From Strigamia acuminata (lineage: Eukaryota): a stretch of 64,000 nt of DNA. The DNA is taken from contig OX442314.1 of NCBI GenBank assembly GCA_949358305.1, positions 18,538,001-18,602,000 of the forward strand. The letters are read 5' to 3'. The notes under the pieces are model-generated. The model was given only the letters and a program-made list of their open reading frames with translations. It did no database searches and was not told the DNA's origin. The translations under genes were made by a program, and so were the position numbers. Shown one piece after another: positions 37,543 to 46,999 of this stretch. The stretch's first letter is position 1; every line of letters starts with the position of its first letter.

Positions 37543-37676
37543 ATATATTTTATTTTAACCGTACCAAAATAATTATTATTCAATGTTATATATACTTAAT
37601 TAGCTAAAAAAAAATAGTACTTAGATTTTCAAATGAGTGGTCATAAATCAAAAAATTAATAAAAGTAAGATGTAAT

Positions 37677-37834
37677 TGTTGATGATTAAAATCATAAAGT
37701 AACACACGGCATTGGAAATAACAAGATGGAATAATTTATTCGAAGTGTTGCCAACAACAAGCGCCGTAGCAACCAAAAATTGTACAACAATATTGCGCAT
37801 ATAGCGCTAAAAAGAAAAACCAATTACAACTACA
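37677..37834 (-). repeat. 3' LTR of copia element 2
   Basis: Direct repeat of 42320-42477, adjacent to the PPT. Confidence 0.93.
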
Positions 37835-38004
37835 AATTCCCCTTCTTTCTTTTTCAGCGCAAAGTGCAAAACAAAAAACGATTAATTATTTTACAAATTA
37901 CATTTTTTTTTTTCAAATAAACGCATCATGTAAAAACATCAAAGTATACACGCATGCAACAAAATTCTTCTTTCTTTCTTGTCTTTACTCTTTCTCCATT
38001 CTTT

Positions 38005-39432
38005 TCATCCCACGCCCAAAAACTGCTTGCACTTTAACAAACTTGGCCCGCCAAGTGGCTTGGTTAGCATGTCTGCTGGCATGTCCGCCCCTGGCATGTG
38101 CACGACTCGTACTCGGTCAGTTTCCACCTTGGATTTTATCAGGTGATACTTCCGGTTTAAATACTTGGTCCTGACCCGCTGGATGCCGTCCTGAAGCATC
38201 TGGACTGCAGATTGGTTGTCGTTGAAGAGAAGAACTTCTTCATCCCTCGCAGCATCCAAGTCCTTCAAAACCGATCTTGTCCACACCAGGTCCTTAACTC
38301 CGTCCGAGATCGCGTCTAATTCACTTTCACAAGATGATTGTGCCACGTCCGGCTGTTTCTTGCATTTCCAGTTAATTAGAGATTCTCCATCTCTAATTAC
38401 GAATCCGGCAAAAGTCCTTGCATCGGCTGTCGAATCCCAGCTTGAGTCGACATATCCGTGCAGTCGTGACTCGCCTCTCTTGTAAGTTAGTTTGTGATCT
38501 TGGGTTCCGCGAACGTATCTGAGAACGCGTTTCGCCGTTGCCAAATGAATCTCTCTCGGATCGCTGTTGAATCTTGACAACGAGCTCACAGGATAACTTA
38601 AGTCGGGTCTGGTGCTTGTAGCCAAATACATAAGACTTCCAATTACTTCTTGATACAGCGTTCGATCCACTGGTTTGCTCTCGTCGTACTCATCAAGTTT
38701 GAGTCCCAGTTCGCATGGTGTTGCAGTCGGATTACACTTGTCCAATCCGAATCTTTTCAAAATCTTGTCAGTGTATTTCCTCTGAAAAAGCCTTATCTCG
38801 TCCCCTTCTTGCTCTACTTCCAGTCCCAATATGTATTTTAATTTTCCCATTTCTACTATTTCCACGCATGCATTCAGTTCTTTCATTTTCCTGTTGCGTG
38901 TCGCGCTATCCGAACTTGCCGTAATCAGGTCGTCAACGTAAACTCCCATAATTATGAATCCTTGTTTGTCTTTGAACAAATATAGACATGGGTCATCCGG
39001 TTGTCTTATAAAACCAGCTTCGGTTAGAACTTCGTGCAATTTTTCATTCCAGCATCTCCCAGCCTGTTTGAGACCGTACAAACTCTTTATAATCAAGCAA
39101 ACATAACCCTTTCCTCCTATCTCGAAGCCTTCCGGTTGTTCCATATAAACTTGTTCTTTTAAGTCACCATGAAGGTAAGCTGTTTTAACGTCGTGTTGGT
39201 CTACCAATAGATCCTTCTTAGCTGCTACGTTGAGTAAGGTCCTCAATGACTCAATCCTTACTACGGGTGAAAAAGTTTGATCGTAATCTGTGCCTGGCCT
39301 TTGTCCACATCCGACCGCTACTAAACGTGCTTTGTAGCGACTTATGGTTCCGTCGGGGTTGGTTTTGATACGGAAAACCCATTTGGACTTAATTGTCTTC
39401 ACTCCTTTAGGCCTTTTCACAACTTTCCACAC
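38005..39432 (-). CDS. Copia element 2 reverse transcriptase/RNase H part (separated from the upstream part by a frameshift)
   Basis: KARLVAVG, HDVKTAYLHG, SLYGLKQAGRCW, YVDD, GYVDSSW, ADMLTKPL. Confidence 0.92.
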   Translation of the reverse strand: MWKVVKRPKGVKTIKSKWVFRIKTNPDGTISRYKARLVAVGCGQRPGTDYDQTFSPVVRIESLRTLLNVAAKKDLLVDQHDVKTAYLHGDLKEQVYMEQPEGFEIGGKGYVCLIIKSLYGLKQAGRCWNEKLHEVLTEAGFIRQPDDPCLYLFKDKQGFIIMGVYVDDLITASSDSATRNRKMKELNACVEIVEMGKLKYILGLEVEQEGDEIRLFQRKYTDKILKRFGLDKCNPTATPCELGLKLDEYDESKPVDRTLYQEVIGSLMYLATSTRPDLSYPVSSLSRFNSDPREIHLATAKRVLRYVRGTQDHKLTYKRGESRLHGYVDSSWDSTADARTFAGFVIRDGESLINWKCKKQPDVAQSSCESELDAISDGVKDLVWTRSVLKDLDAARDEEVLLFNDNQSAVQMLQDGIQRVRTKYLNRKYHLIKSKVETDRVRVVHMPGADMPADMLTKPLGGPSLLKCKQFLGVG

Positions 39433-42157
39433 TGTGTTGTCCCATCGAGTCTATCTCCTCTTGCATTGCAGCTCGCCATTTCTCTGCATCGAGTGAATTA
39501 ATTGCTTCTTGGTAAGTTGTCGGTGTAAATGGTGCGTCCTCTACCTCCACCATATGCGCCTGTTCCCTCAGTCTAGTTGAACGTCGCGCGCCGCGTTGCA
39601 GTAAATCCGCTTCGTTTTGTTCTATTTTCGCTCGATTTTCCACTGCCAATATCTCTTTAGTCGCACCCGGTCTCCTCCCCTTACGAGCGGGCAACCGTTC
39701 CGGCACTCGTGCAGCAACCACTGGTGCAATTGGTGCAATTATTGGTGCATCAGGTATATCAATTCGGTCATTTTCTTCCGCAATTGGTTCTTCTATTTCC
39801 GGAATCGGTTCTTCTATTTCCGGAATCGGTTGGACGATCGTATTGACCGGTGCATCGATCACGTCATAAGTCACGTCTAATTCATCCAAGTTGTCCGGTT
39901 GAATTTCTTGTGATGCAGACATATTGCCCAAACGTGATTCCTCAAATACAACATCACATGACTCAGTAATCTTCCCAGTGTGCAGCATAAAAATTCGATA
40001 CGCCTTGCGTTTCGAGGAGTAGCCCATCATAATCCCCTCTTTCGTTTTGTCAGAAAGCTTGCTCTGACGAAACTTCGGTTCTAAAACATGAGCAACGCAA
40101 CCAAAACGCCGTAAATAAGCAACTGTTGGTGCTTTTCCCGTCCATCGTTCATATGGTGTTATTCCATGAACGCTCGTCTTACATCTATTCCGCAGGTAAG
40201 CTGCCGTCAACATGGCTTCCCCCCAGAATTCTCGTGGCAATTTCGAACTAATTAACAAAGTTCTCATCGACTCCGTTATTGTCCGGTTCATGCGCTCGGC
40301 CGTTCCGTTACTAGCTGGTGAGTGGGCAGTTGTCAGTTCGTGATGTATTCCTTTCCGAGTGAAGAAATCATTTAAATCTTCATTCAAAAATTCGCCCCCG
40401 TTGTCAGAACGTATTCTCTTCACCTTCCGATCCATTCGTAATTCGTACTTGGCCAATAAATCTTGAATCGCTTTCCCCGCTTCACTCTTAGCTTTTAACA
40501 ACGTCACAAATACCATCCGACTGTAGTCGTCCACCGTCGTCAAAACGTAACGAGCCCCGCCAATCGTGTCAGCCGGCATTGGACCCATCAAATCCACGTG
40601 TAGCAATTCCAAAATCTCATTTGACTGTTTATACTTCACTGTACGACGTGGTATTTTGGTCGTTTTTCCCTTAATACAGTCCGTGCAATTTTCGCCTCGT
40701 GCTTCTCCGCTCCAAGTCAAGCCTCTCACCAAATTTCCTGCCATCATTTCATCCAAACTTCTAAAATTTGGGTGCCCCAAACGTTGATGCCATAAATCTC
40801 GTGTAACTGTTTGTGTTACGCACGCCTCCTCGCATGTTGCAGTGTTGGCTTCACTGCTCGCCGTTTCAATCATAAACTTGTTGTCCACACGTTGTGCAAT
40901 CATCACTTCATTTCCATCTCCGTCTCGTACCGTGGCGCATTGTCGTGTGAATAACACTGTCATTTCCGCATCTACTATTTTTGGAACCGATAACAAGTTC
41001 GTTTGCAACTTTGGTACGTATAATACGTTACTCAAACGTAACCGATTTCCCGAATCGTTGTCTTCGACAACCATTTCACCTCGTCCCGGTGATTCCGCCT
41101 CGACATCACCACTCGCCAAACCAACGTTTTGTGGATACGTCTCGAAAAACTCAAAACTTTCCTTGCTTGCAACCATGTGACTCGTCGCTCCCGAGTCGAC
41201 CAACCACTCTTCTCCCCTATTTATTCGGCGATTTGCCATCTTCACTCCCGTTTCACATGCATATTCTCGTTTTGGAATTGATAATTCCACTCCACCACGT
41301 GACGCATATTCGGTTGTTTTGCCCCCGCCACGTCCTCTGCTTGGTCCCCTCGTACTCGCTCCTCGACCTCGTAAATTCGTATTTCCGCGTACAGCGTCGC
41401 TCGTTTTTCCCTTGGACCAGCAGTCCCTTGCGTAGTGCCCTGTCTTGTGGCAATTATAACATTCCACGTTATTCTTTCCCTTTGGCCTCGCCCTGTACGC
41501 ATTCTCGTTGCTATCGCGATTTTTCTTTTTTTCCTTGTCTCGGTGTCTCTCTTCTTCTGATCTCAATGCTATTCGTGCTTCTTTCAACGTCAGGTTATTA
41601 TTTAGTCCCTCAAAGATCCGCACATTGTGCTCAAACTCTGCTCGTAGCCCTCGCGCCACATAGCTCAGCATCTCTTGATCAGTGTAAATTTTCCCGAGTT
41701 CAGCTCCCTTGCTTTTTATTGCGTCCGCGCGATTTATGTAGGTATCGACCGTTTCCTTGTCGCTCATCTTCAATTGAGCCAGTTCTACCCCGCATTTGAC
41801 CACTTCAAAGTCATTTTTTGGTCCCATGTGAGCTTCAATATTTTCCCATAGCTTCTTGGCGCTCGTTTCCGTGCTATATCGAACCGCCTGTTCTCCTGAA
41901 AGCGACAGCATCAAAATTCCCATTGCCTCGTCGTTTTTTCTTTCCCAATCTTCCCAGATAGCCCTCATCTGTCCGTAATTCGACTGTCCAAGCCGACCTT
42001 TCTCCGGTTCTTCATTTACAATTACCGTCTTCCACAGGCTCTTCATTTTCAGCACCGCACGCAGTCTCATTTTCCACAGAAAGTAGTTTCTGTCGGTTAA
42101 CCTCTCGACTGTCGTCGATGATGAAGAAACGTTTACAAACGATCCCGCTGTCTCCAT
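39407..42157 (-). CDS. Copia element 2 Gag-protease-integrase part of the polyprotein (probable ATG at 42157, METAGS...)
   Basis: CYNCHKTGHYARDC, WLVDSGAT, WHQRLGH, LHVDLMGP, RSDNGGEF; the frame ends just after WRAAMQEEIDSM. Confidence 0.9.
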   Translation of the reverse strand: METAGSFVNVSSSSTTVERLTDRNYFLWKMRLRAVLKMKSLWKTVIVNEEPEKGRLGQSNYGQMRAIWEDWERKNDEAMGILMLSLSGEQAVRYSTETSAKKLWENIEAHMGPKNDFEVVKCGVELAQLKMSDKETVDTYINRADAIKSKGAELGKIYTDQEMLSYVARGLRAEFEHNVRIFEGLNNNLTLKEARIALRSEEERHRDKEKKKNRDSNENAYRARPKGKNNVECYNCHKTGHYARDCWSKGKTSDAVRGNTNLRGRGASTRGPSRGRGGGKTTEYASRGGVELSIPKREYACETGVKMANRRINRGEEWLVDSGATSHMVASKESFEFFETYPQNVGLASGDVEAESPGRGEMVVEDNDSGNRLRLSNVLYVPKLQTNLLSVPKIVDAEMTVLFTRQCATVRDGDGNEVMIAQRVDNKFMIETASSEANTATCEEACVTQTVTRDLWHQRLGHPNFRSLDEMMAGNLVRGLTWSGEARGENCTDCIKGKTTKIPRRTVKYKQSNEILELLHVDLMGPMPADTIGGARYVLTTVDDYSRMVFVTLLKAKSEAGKAIQDLLAKYELRMDRKVKRIRSDNGGEFLNEDLNDFFTRKGIHHELTTAHSPASNGTAERMNRTITESMRTLLISSKLPREFWGEAMLTAAYLRNRCKTSVHGITPYERWTGKAPTVAYLRRFGCVAHVLEPKFRQSKLSDKTKEGIMMGYSSKRKAYRIFMLHTGKITESCDVVFEESRLGNMSASQEIQPDNLDELDVTYDVIDAPVNTIVQPIPEIEEPIPEIEEPIAEENDRIDIPDAPIIAPIAPVVAARVPERLPARKGRRPGATKEILAVENRAKIEQNEADLLQRGARRSTRLREQAHMVEVEDAPFTPTTYQEAINSLDAEKWRAAMQEEIDSMGQHSVESCEKA

Positions 42158-42319
42158 CTCTTGTCGTAATTCGCTCGTAGCAGACGACAAAAACAAATCG
42201 GGAATTAATTTCACGCCAAAAAATATCTTAAAATTGATAACTTGCGCTTTGGACCGTTTTCCTTGACCCAGCAACTCATTCCTTGATTGCCATAGTCGAA
42301 ACCACCCTCTGCTACCACT

Positions 42320-42477
42320 TGTTGATGATTAAAATCATAAAGTAACACACGGCATTGGAAATAACAAGATGGAATAATTTATTCGAAGTGTTGCCAACAA
42401 CAAGCGCCGTAGCAACCAAAAATTGTACAACAATATTGCGCATATAGCGCTAAAAAGAAAAACCAATTACAACTACA
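42320..42477 (-). repeat. 5' LTR of copia element 2
   Basis: Direct repeat of 37677-37834, followed on the minus strand by a PBS for the tRNAi-Met 3' end. Confidence 0.93.
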
Positions 42478-42664
42478 GTAATAAGATATTGTATGATCTA
42501 AAAATAACAATTTTTCAAATACGCTTATCATAAATCACACAATTTCCGCAATAACAAGAAAATTCTCAGAAATATTTTTTTCCCGTTGCTAGTGTGAATC
42601 AGGAGAGCATATTTGTTGCACTTTAAGACTCGTCCAAGGTAATTTATCACGAATATAGGCCGAA

Positions 42665-45502
42665 ATGAAGATCGCATACGTATTCTATTTGTATCAATTC
42701 ATAACCAACACTAAGTGCGCAAGCATATTACCCTGTTCTACGATTTTCTGTGCAACCCGACAACCTGCGTGCATTTCACTAGACGAAACATGTTTATGCA
42801 GACAGCAAACACTATATTGTCCTACACTCAATCCAAACGCATTCTATTTCAACTACGACCAATTCGCCAATACCGTTAGTTTATTTGGACAATACGGTTT
42901 CAACACAACAGTGGGCGATGCGTTGAAGTTATGGGCTCCTTATTTCGAATCATTAACGGCTCCCAATTTGTTTTTAGACGAATTTTGTGACCGTGTGAGG
43001 CAACAGGCGCCAATTGGATGTAAATCTACAAATCTTCAAGGTCAAGACGACTCGGTGGTTCTTGATTTCAACAGCTTCCCGATTATACATTCTATAAAAA
43101 CATTGCAACTGGGTTTCGATTGCCTTCAAGATATTACTGGTGACATTAGTTCGAAACTGCCGAACTTGGAAGGAATTTCTCTAAATATGAATTACTTCAC
43201 TAAAATCCCCGACGCAATTAAAAACTTAAACAACTTAAAAGGATTAATTTTGTCATCAAATTACTTAAGTAATTTATCCAGAAAAATGTTCAATAACTTA
43301 ACCCAAATGCAAGAACTTTACCTGAACGGAAATTGCATTATATTTATACAAGACGATACATTTTACGACTTACATCAACTGAAAATACTATCCTTAAGTT
43401 CTAATGGTTTGAGATCGTTACCATCGAATTTGTTGCATACAAATTTCGACTTGAAAGTGCTTGACTTGTCGTCTAATCAATTGGAAGAAATACCCGAGAG
43501 CTTCCTTCAGAAAAATCACCTACTTCGAAACTTAAACTTGAATTCCAACAAATTAACATCGTTGAATAGAGGATTATTCTCCGCCTTAACAAAACTGAAA
43601 ACCTTGAAATTGCAATACAACCGACTGTCATCGTTATCTCCCTATTTATTCCAATTCACATCAGAACTCGAATGGCTACACCTGGACTCCAACAATTTCA
43701 AAAAGATACCGAGTATTTACTTACGAAAACACGCTGCCACGAGCATTTCCTTAACGGAAAACAACATAATGACATTGGATTTACCCCTGACAACCCGAAT
43801 ACCAAACGCCAAACTCCTGGACTTGTCGTTCAATTGCATTCACAAAATTATATATAACGTATACAAGATTGGACCGATTTCATTGACATTAATTAATGAT
43901 GGCGGCATTTCGAACTTGAAATGCAGAAGATGTTGCCTTCAAGATAACATCTTCCCAGATATTTTTACCGGTGTACGGAACTCCATTGATCTATCCGACA
44001 ACATGATAACACAACTAAACGTGACACTAATGACTATCCACAGAAGCCCGTCACTTGTTCAGCTAGACCTTGGAAATAATTCGATCAGTAATATTGTGAT
44101 TGACAAGATGTTAGCCAGAAAATTGGATGAAAATTATCGCAGCACTAAGTTCGATTTGTTTTTTAATCCAATAAATTGCGACTGCAAGTTAATCCCATTA
44201 TTTGAAATAGACGAAACTAAATTCGAATACAAATATAATGTACATTTTGAGATGGAATTTATAATGTGCAAACAACCAAACGAGTTAAAAGGAAAAACGC
44301 TGGAAATTGTGGACTGGAAAAATCTCTACTGCAAGTTTACACAAAATTGCCCTCGATCATGCACGTGCTTCAATTTTACTTACACAAACCAAATTGTAGT
44401 GAATTGCAGCCACGCTGAGTTAACACAATTTCCACTGTATTTTGACAACACGTCAAAAACTATAGTTTATGACTTGCAACATAATAACATAACTTCATTG
44501 CCTCGGAAGAATTCTTCAATTTGGTCAAAAATACAAAAATTAAATCTTAGTCACAACAAAATCCAATCCACTGCGAATCTTACAGTCACACACACATTAA
44601 GTCACATTGAACTGAACAACAATCATCTAACTCGTTACGAACAGTCAATTGAACATCTATTCACAATGGATAACATTTCGAGAAGTGTCACTCTTTCCGG
44701 AAACCTTTGGCTGTGCAGTTGTGAGCTAACTCAAATGCGAAACATCATGATTAAAAGTTCAAGTCGTTTGTTGGATCTGGATAAAATGAAATGCACATTT
44801 GAAGACTCCCTATATGGTTTTAACGATCTCGATCAGTTTTGTCCACCAGATGTGTCGGAAGTAGACCTGGCATTGAGAGCGACATTGCCCGTATGTGCTT
44901 CTATTATAATCTTAATAAGTGTTTTGAGTGTCATTTTTGTTCGCCGTAAATTGCAAATCCAATATTTCTTGTTTTCTAAAGGATGGTGTTTACGTTTTGT
45001 GAGTGAAGACGATGTTGATGCTGATAAACTCTTCGATGCTTTTGTTTCTTACAGCAGTGAAGACGGTGAATGGGTTAGAGACGTTCTTGTGCAGGAATTG
45101 GAACTAAAGTCTCCATCTTACAAACTGTGTATCCACGAACGAGACTGGCCGGCCGGCGAACTAATACCGGAGCAAATCGTACGCTCAGTAAGACATAGTC
45201 GACGCACAATCATCGTACTGACCGAGCACTTTCTCACGAGTGATTGGAGTTTGATGGAGTTTTCCGTGGCTTATCAGCAAGCTGTTAAAGATGGAATAAG
45301 ACGACTTATGGTTATCATCCCCCACAAAATGCCAATCTTAGAGAATGCGCCCGATGAATTGCGTGCATTTCTTTCAACCACTACTTACATCGAAGCAAAT
45401 AAACCGCACTTTTTAAAAATACTCAGACTTTCAATGCCAAGAATAAGAAAACAAGATAAAATTTCACCACTATCAGCATCAATAATGTTGGAATCAGTGT
45501 AA
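42665..45502 (+). CDS. Toll-like receptor B1, intronless, 945 aa
   Basis: Same LRR-CC-LRR-TM-TIR architecture; TIR FDAFVSYS..CIHERDWPAG. Confidence 0.95.
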   Translation: MKIAYVFYLYQFITNTKCASILPCSTIFCATRQPACISLDETCLCRQQTLYCPTLNPNAFYFNYDQFANTVSLFGQYGFNTTVGDALKLWAPYFESLTAPNLFLDEFCDRVRQQAPIGCKSTNLQGQDDSVVLDFNSFPIIHSIKTLQLGFDCLQDITGDISSKLPNLEGISLNMNYFTKIPDAIKNLNNLKGLILSSNYLSNLSRKMFNNLTQMQELYLNGNCIIFIQDDTFYDLHQLKILSLSSNGLRSLPSNLLHTNFDLKVLDLSSNQLEEIPESFLQKNHLLRNLNLNSNKLTSLNRGLFSALTKLKTLKLQYNRLSSLSPYLFQFTSELEWLHLDSNNFKKIPSIYLRKHAATSISLTENNIMTLDLPLTTRIPNAKLLDLSFNCIHKIIYNVYKIGPISLTLINDGGISNLKCRRCCLQDNIFPDIFTGVRNSIDLSDNMITQLNVTLMTIHRSPSLVQLDLGNNSISNIVIDKMLARKLDENYRSTKFDLFFNPINCDCKLIPLFEIDETKFEYKYNVHFEMEFIMCKQPNELKGKTLEIVDWKNLYCKFTQNCPRSCTCFNFTYTNQIVVNCSHAELTQFPLYFDNTSKTIVYDLQHNNITSLPRKNSSIWSKIQKLNLSHNKIQSTANLTVTHTLSHIELNNNHLTRYEQSIEHLFTMDNISRSVTLSGNLWLCSCELTQMRNIMIKSSSRLLDLDKMKCTFEDSLYGFNDLDQFCPPDVSEVDLALRATLPVCASIIILISVLSVIFVRRKLQIQYFLFSKGWCLRFVSEDDVDADKLFDAFVSYSSEDGEWVRDVLVQELELKSPSYKLCIHERDWPAGELIPEQIVRSVRHSRRTIIVLTEHFLTSDWSLMEFSVAYQQAVKDGIRRLMVIIPHKMPILENAPDELRAFLSTTTYIEANKPHFLKILRLSMPRIRKQDKISPLSASIMLESV

Positions 45503-45553
45503 AAATCGCCACCAGAACAAAATCAATAACGTCAATTACAACAAAAGTACTAA

Positions 45554-46682
45554 GCCTGGCGGCGAGCTAATAGTGGAACAAATCGTTCGTTCCATTAAAA
45601 AAAGTAGGCGCATAATCATAGTTCTAACGAAGAATTTTTTGACGAGTGGATGGAGTTTACTGGAGTTCACTATGGTTTATCAACAATCGGTCCAAGACGG
45701 AATCAGAAGAGTGATTATTGTCATTGCTGACAAAATACTGACTTTAGAAAATGCACCTGAAAAATTATGAGCATTTCTTACAGCTACTATTATACTTACA
45801 TTGCTGCGATCCGGGAGTTTTAATTACAATAAAATACTAAATGTAATAAATTACAGATTGAATGCCGTTTATAAGACTTATATCTGGCCTGGAATTATGT
45901 CTAAGGGTTATGAATAAAATACTCCATACAAGATAAGGTTAAAATCAAATAAACAATAATTTAATCAGTAAAAATTTATACAATGAAATGAATAATGGAT
46001 AAATACAAAAAGGATTTACAATAATGTAAAGCGACTATTGTCACGAAATTAAAGAAAAGCGCGTAATGGCTTGTTACTCGCGAAACACGCAAATGGCGTG
46101 TACAACAACGGCTCGTTGTTGTGATGGCAACGACGTCTTCTCCCTCGAGTACTCACACGTACGACGGCGATGGCGGTGTTTTACAGTGAACACTGGCTTC
46201 TTCTCTTCAAAGGCGTGGTGCAGTGGCGGCTGGTACACACGACGCAAACAAGTGCTGGCTTTGCACGATGGGCAAAGAAAGCACTGTTCTCAATTCACCA
46301 AAACAGAACAAAGCCAATACTTGCAGGTTTTTTGCTAAGCAGTGACAAGGTGTGTTAGGTGTTTTGTGGTGAAATCAATTTGATAATTCAAGCTTGGCAC
46401 ACTTCAGAGCTGCGCAACAAAAGATTGTGCAGCACAAAAATGGTTAATTAGTGCTCATTCCGGCCAAATTAGAGTGAGATGTGCTTAGGGGAGTTTTTAC
46501 CCCTTAGTCACATGACTGGTTTGGCCCAAAGTAATTAAGAAAAACACAATATTTCTTAGTGGTGATAATTTTATTACTTAAAAACAATAAAAGCACACAG
46601 AGATCACCACAACATCGAGGCCTAAAAACCCCACTTCATACGAAAACTTCGGTGTTCAATGCCAAGAATACGTGCTGAATAA
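45554..46682 (+). pseudogene. 5'-truncated TIR fragment of a TLR-A-type gene, with a premature stop and interrupted by an insertion
   Basis: Matches 37233-37542 (PGGELIVEQ...SMPRIRAE*). CGA>TGA at 45768. The fragment is split by the 45802-46611 insertion and followed by the TLR-A 3' flank. Confidence 0.88.
45802..46611. mobile_element. 810-bp insertion, probable solo LTR
   Basis: TG...CA ends (TGCTGCGATC...GATCACCACA, imperfect inverted repeat), 4-bp TSD ACAT at 45798-45801 and 46612-46615, no coding capacity. Confidence 0.72.
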
Positions 46683-46999
46683 ATATATTTTATTTTAACC
46701 GTACCAAAATAATTATTATTCAATGTTATATATACTTAATCAGCTAAAAAAAATTGTACTTAGATTTTGAAATTAGTGGTCATAAATCAAAAAATTAATA
46801 AAAGTAAGATGTAATAAGATATTGTACAATCTAAAAATAACAATTTTTCAAATACGCTTATCATAAATCACACAATTTCCGCAATAACAAGAAAATTCTC
46901 AGAAATATTTTCCGTTGCTAGTGTGAATCAGGAGAGCATATTTGTTCTTTTTGCACTTTAAGACTCGTCCAAGGTAATTTATCACGAATATAGGCCGAA

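Larger units (their letters stand above)
37677..42477 (-). mobile_element. Full-length Ty1/copia LTR retrotransposon (element 2), minus strand, one frameshift in pol
   Basis: 158-bp LTRs at 37677-37834 and 42320-42477 (identical by eye). GTAAT TSD at 37672-37676 and 42478-42482. PBS TGGTAGCAGAGGGTGGTTTCGA at 42317-42296. PPT GAAAGAAGGGGAATT next to the 3' LTR. Confidence 0.96.

Noticed and set aside
40981..41799. 272-aa plus-strand ORF inside copia element 2
   Set aside because: Antisense shadow of gag/protease with no recognisable motifs.
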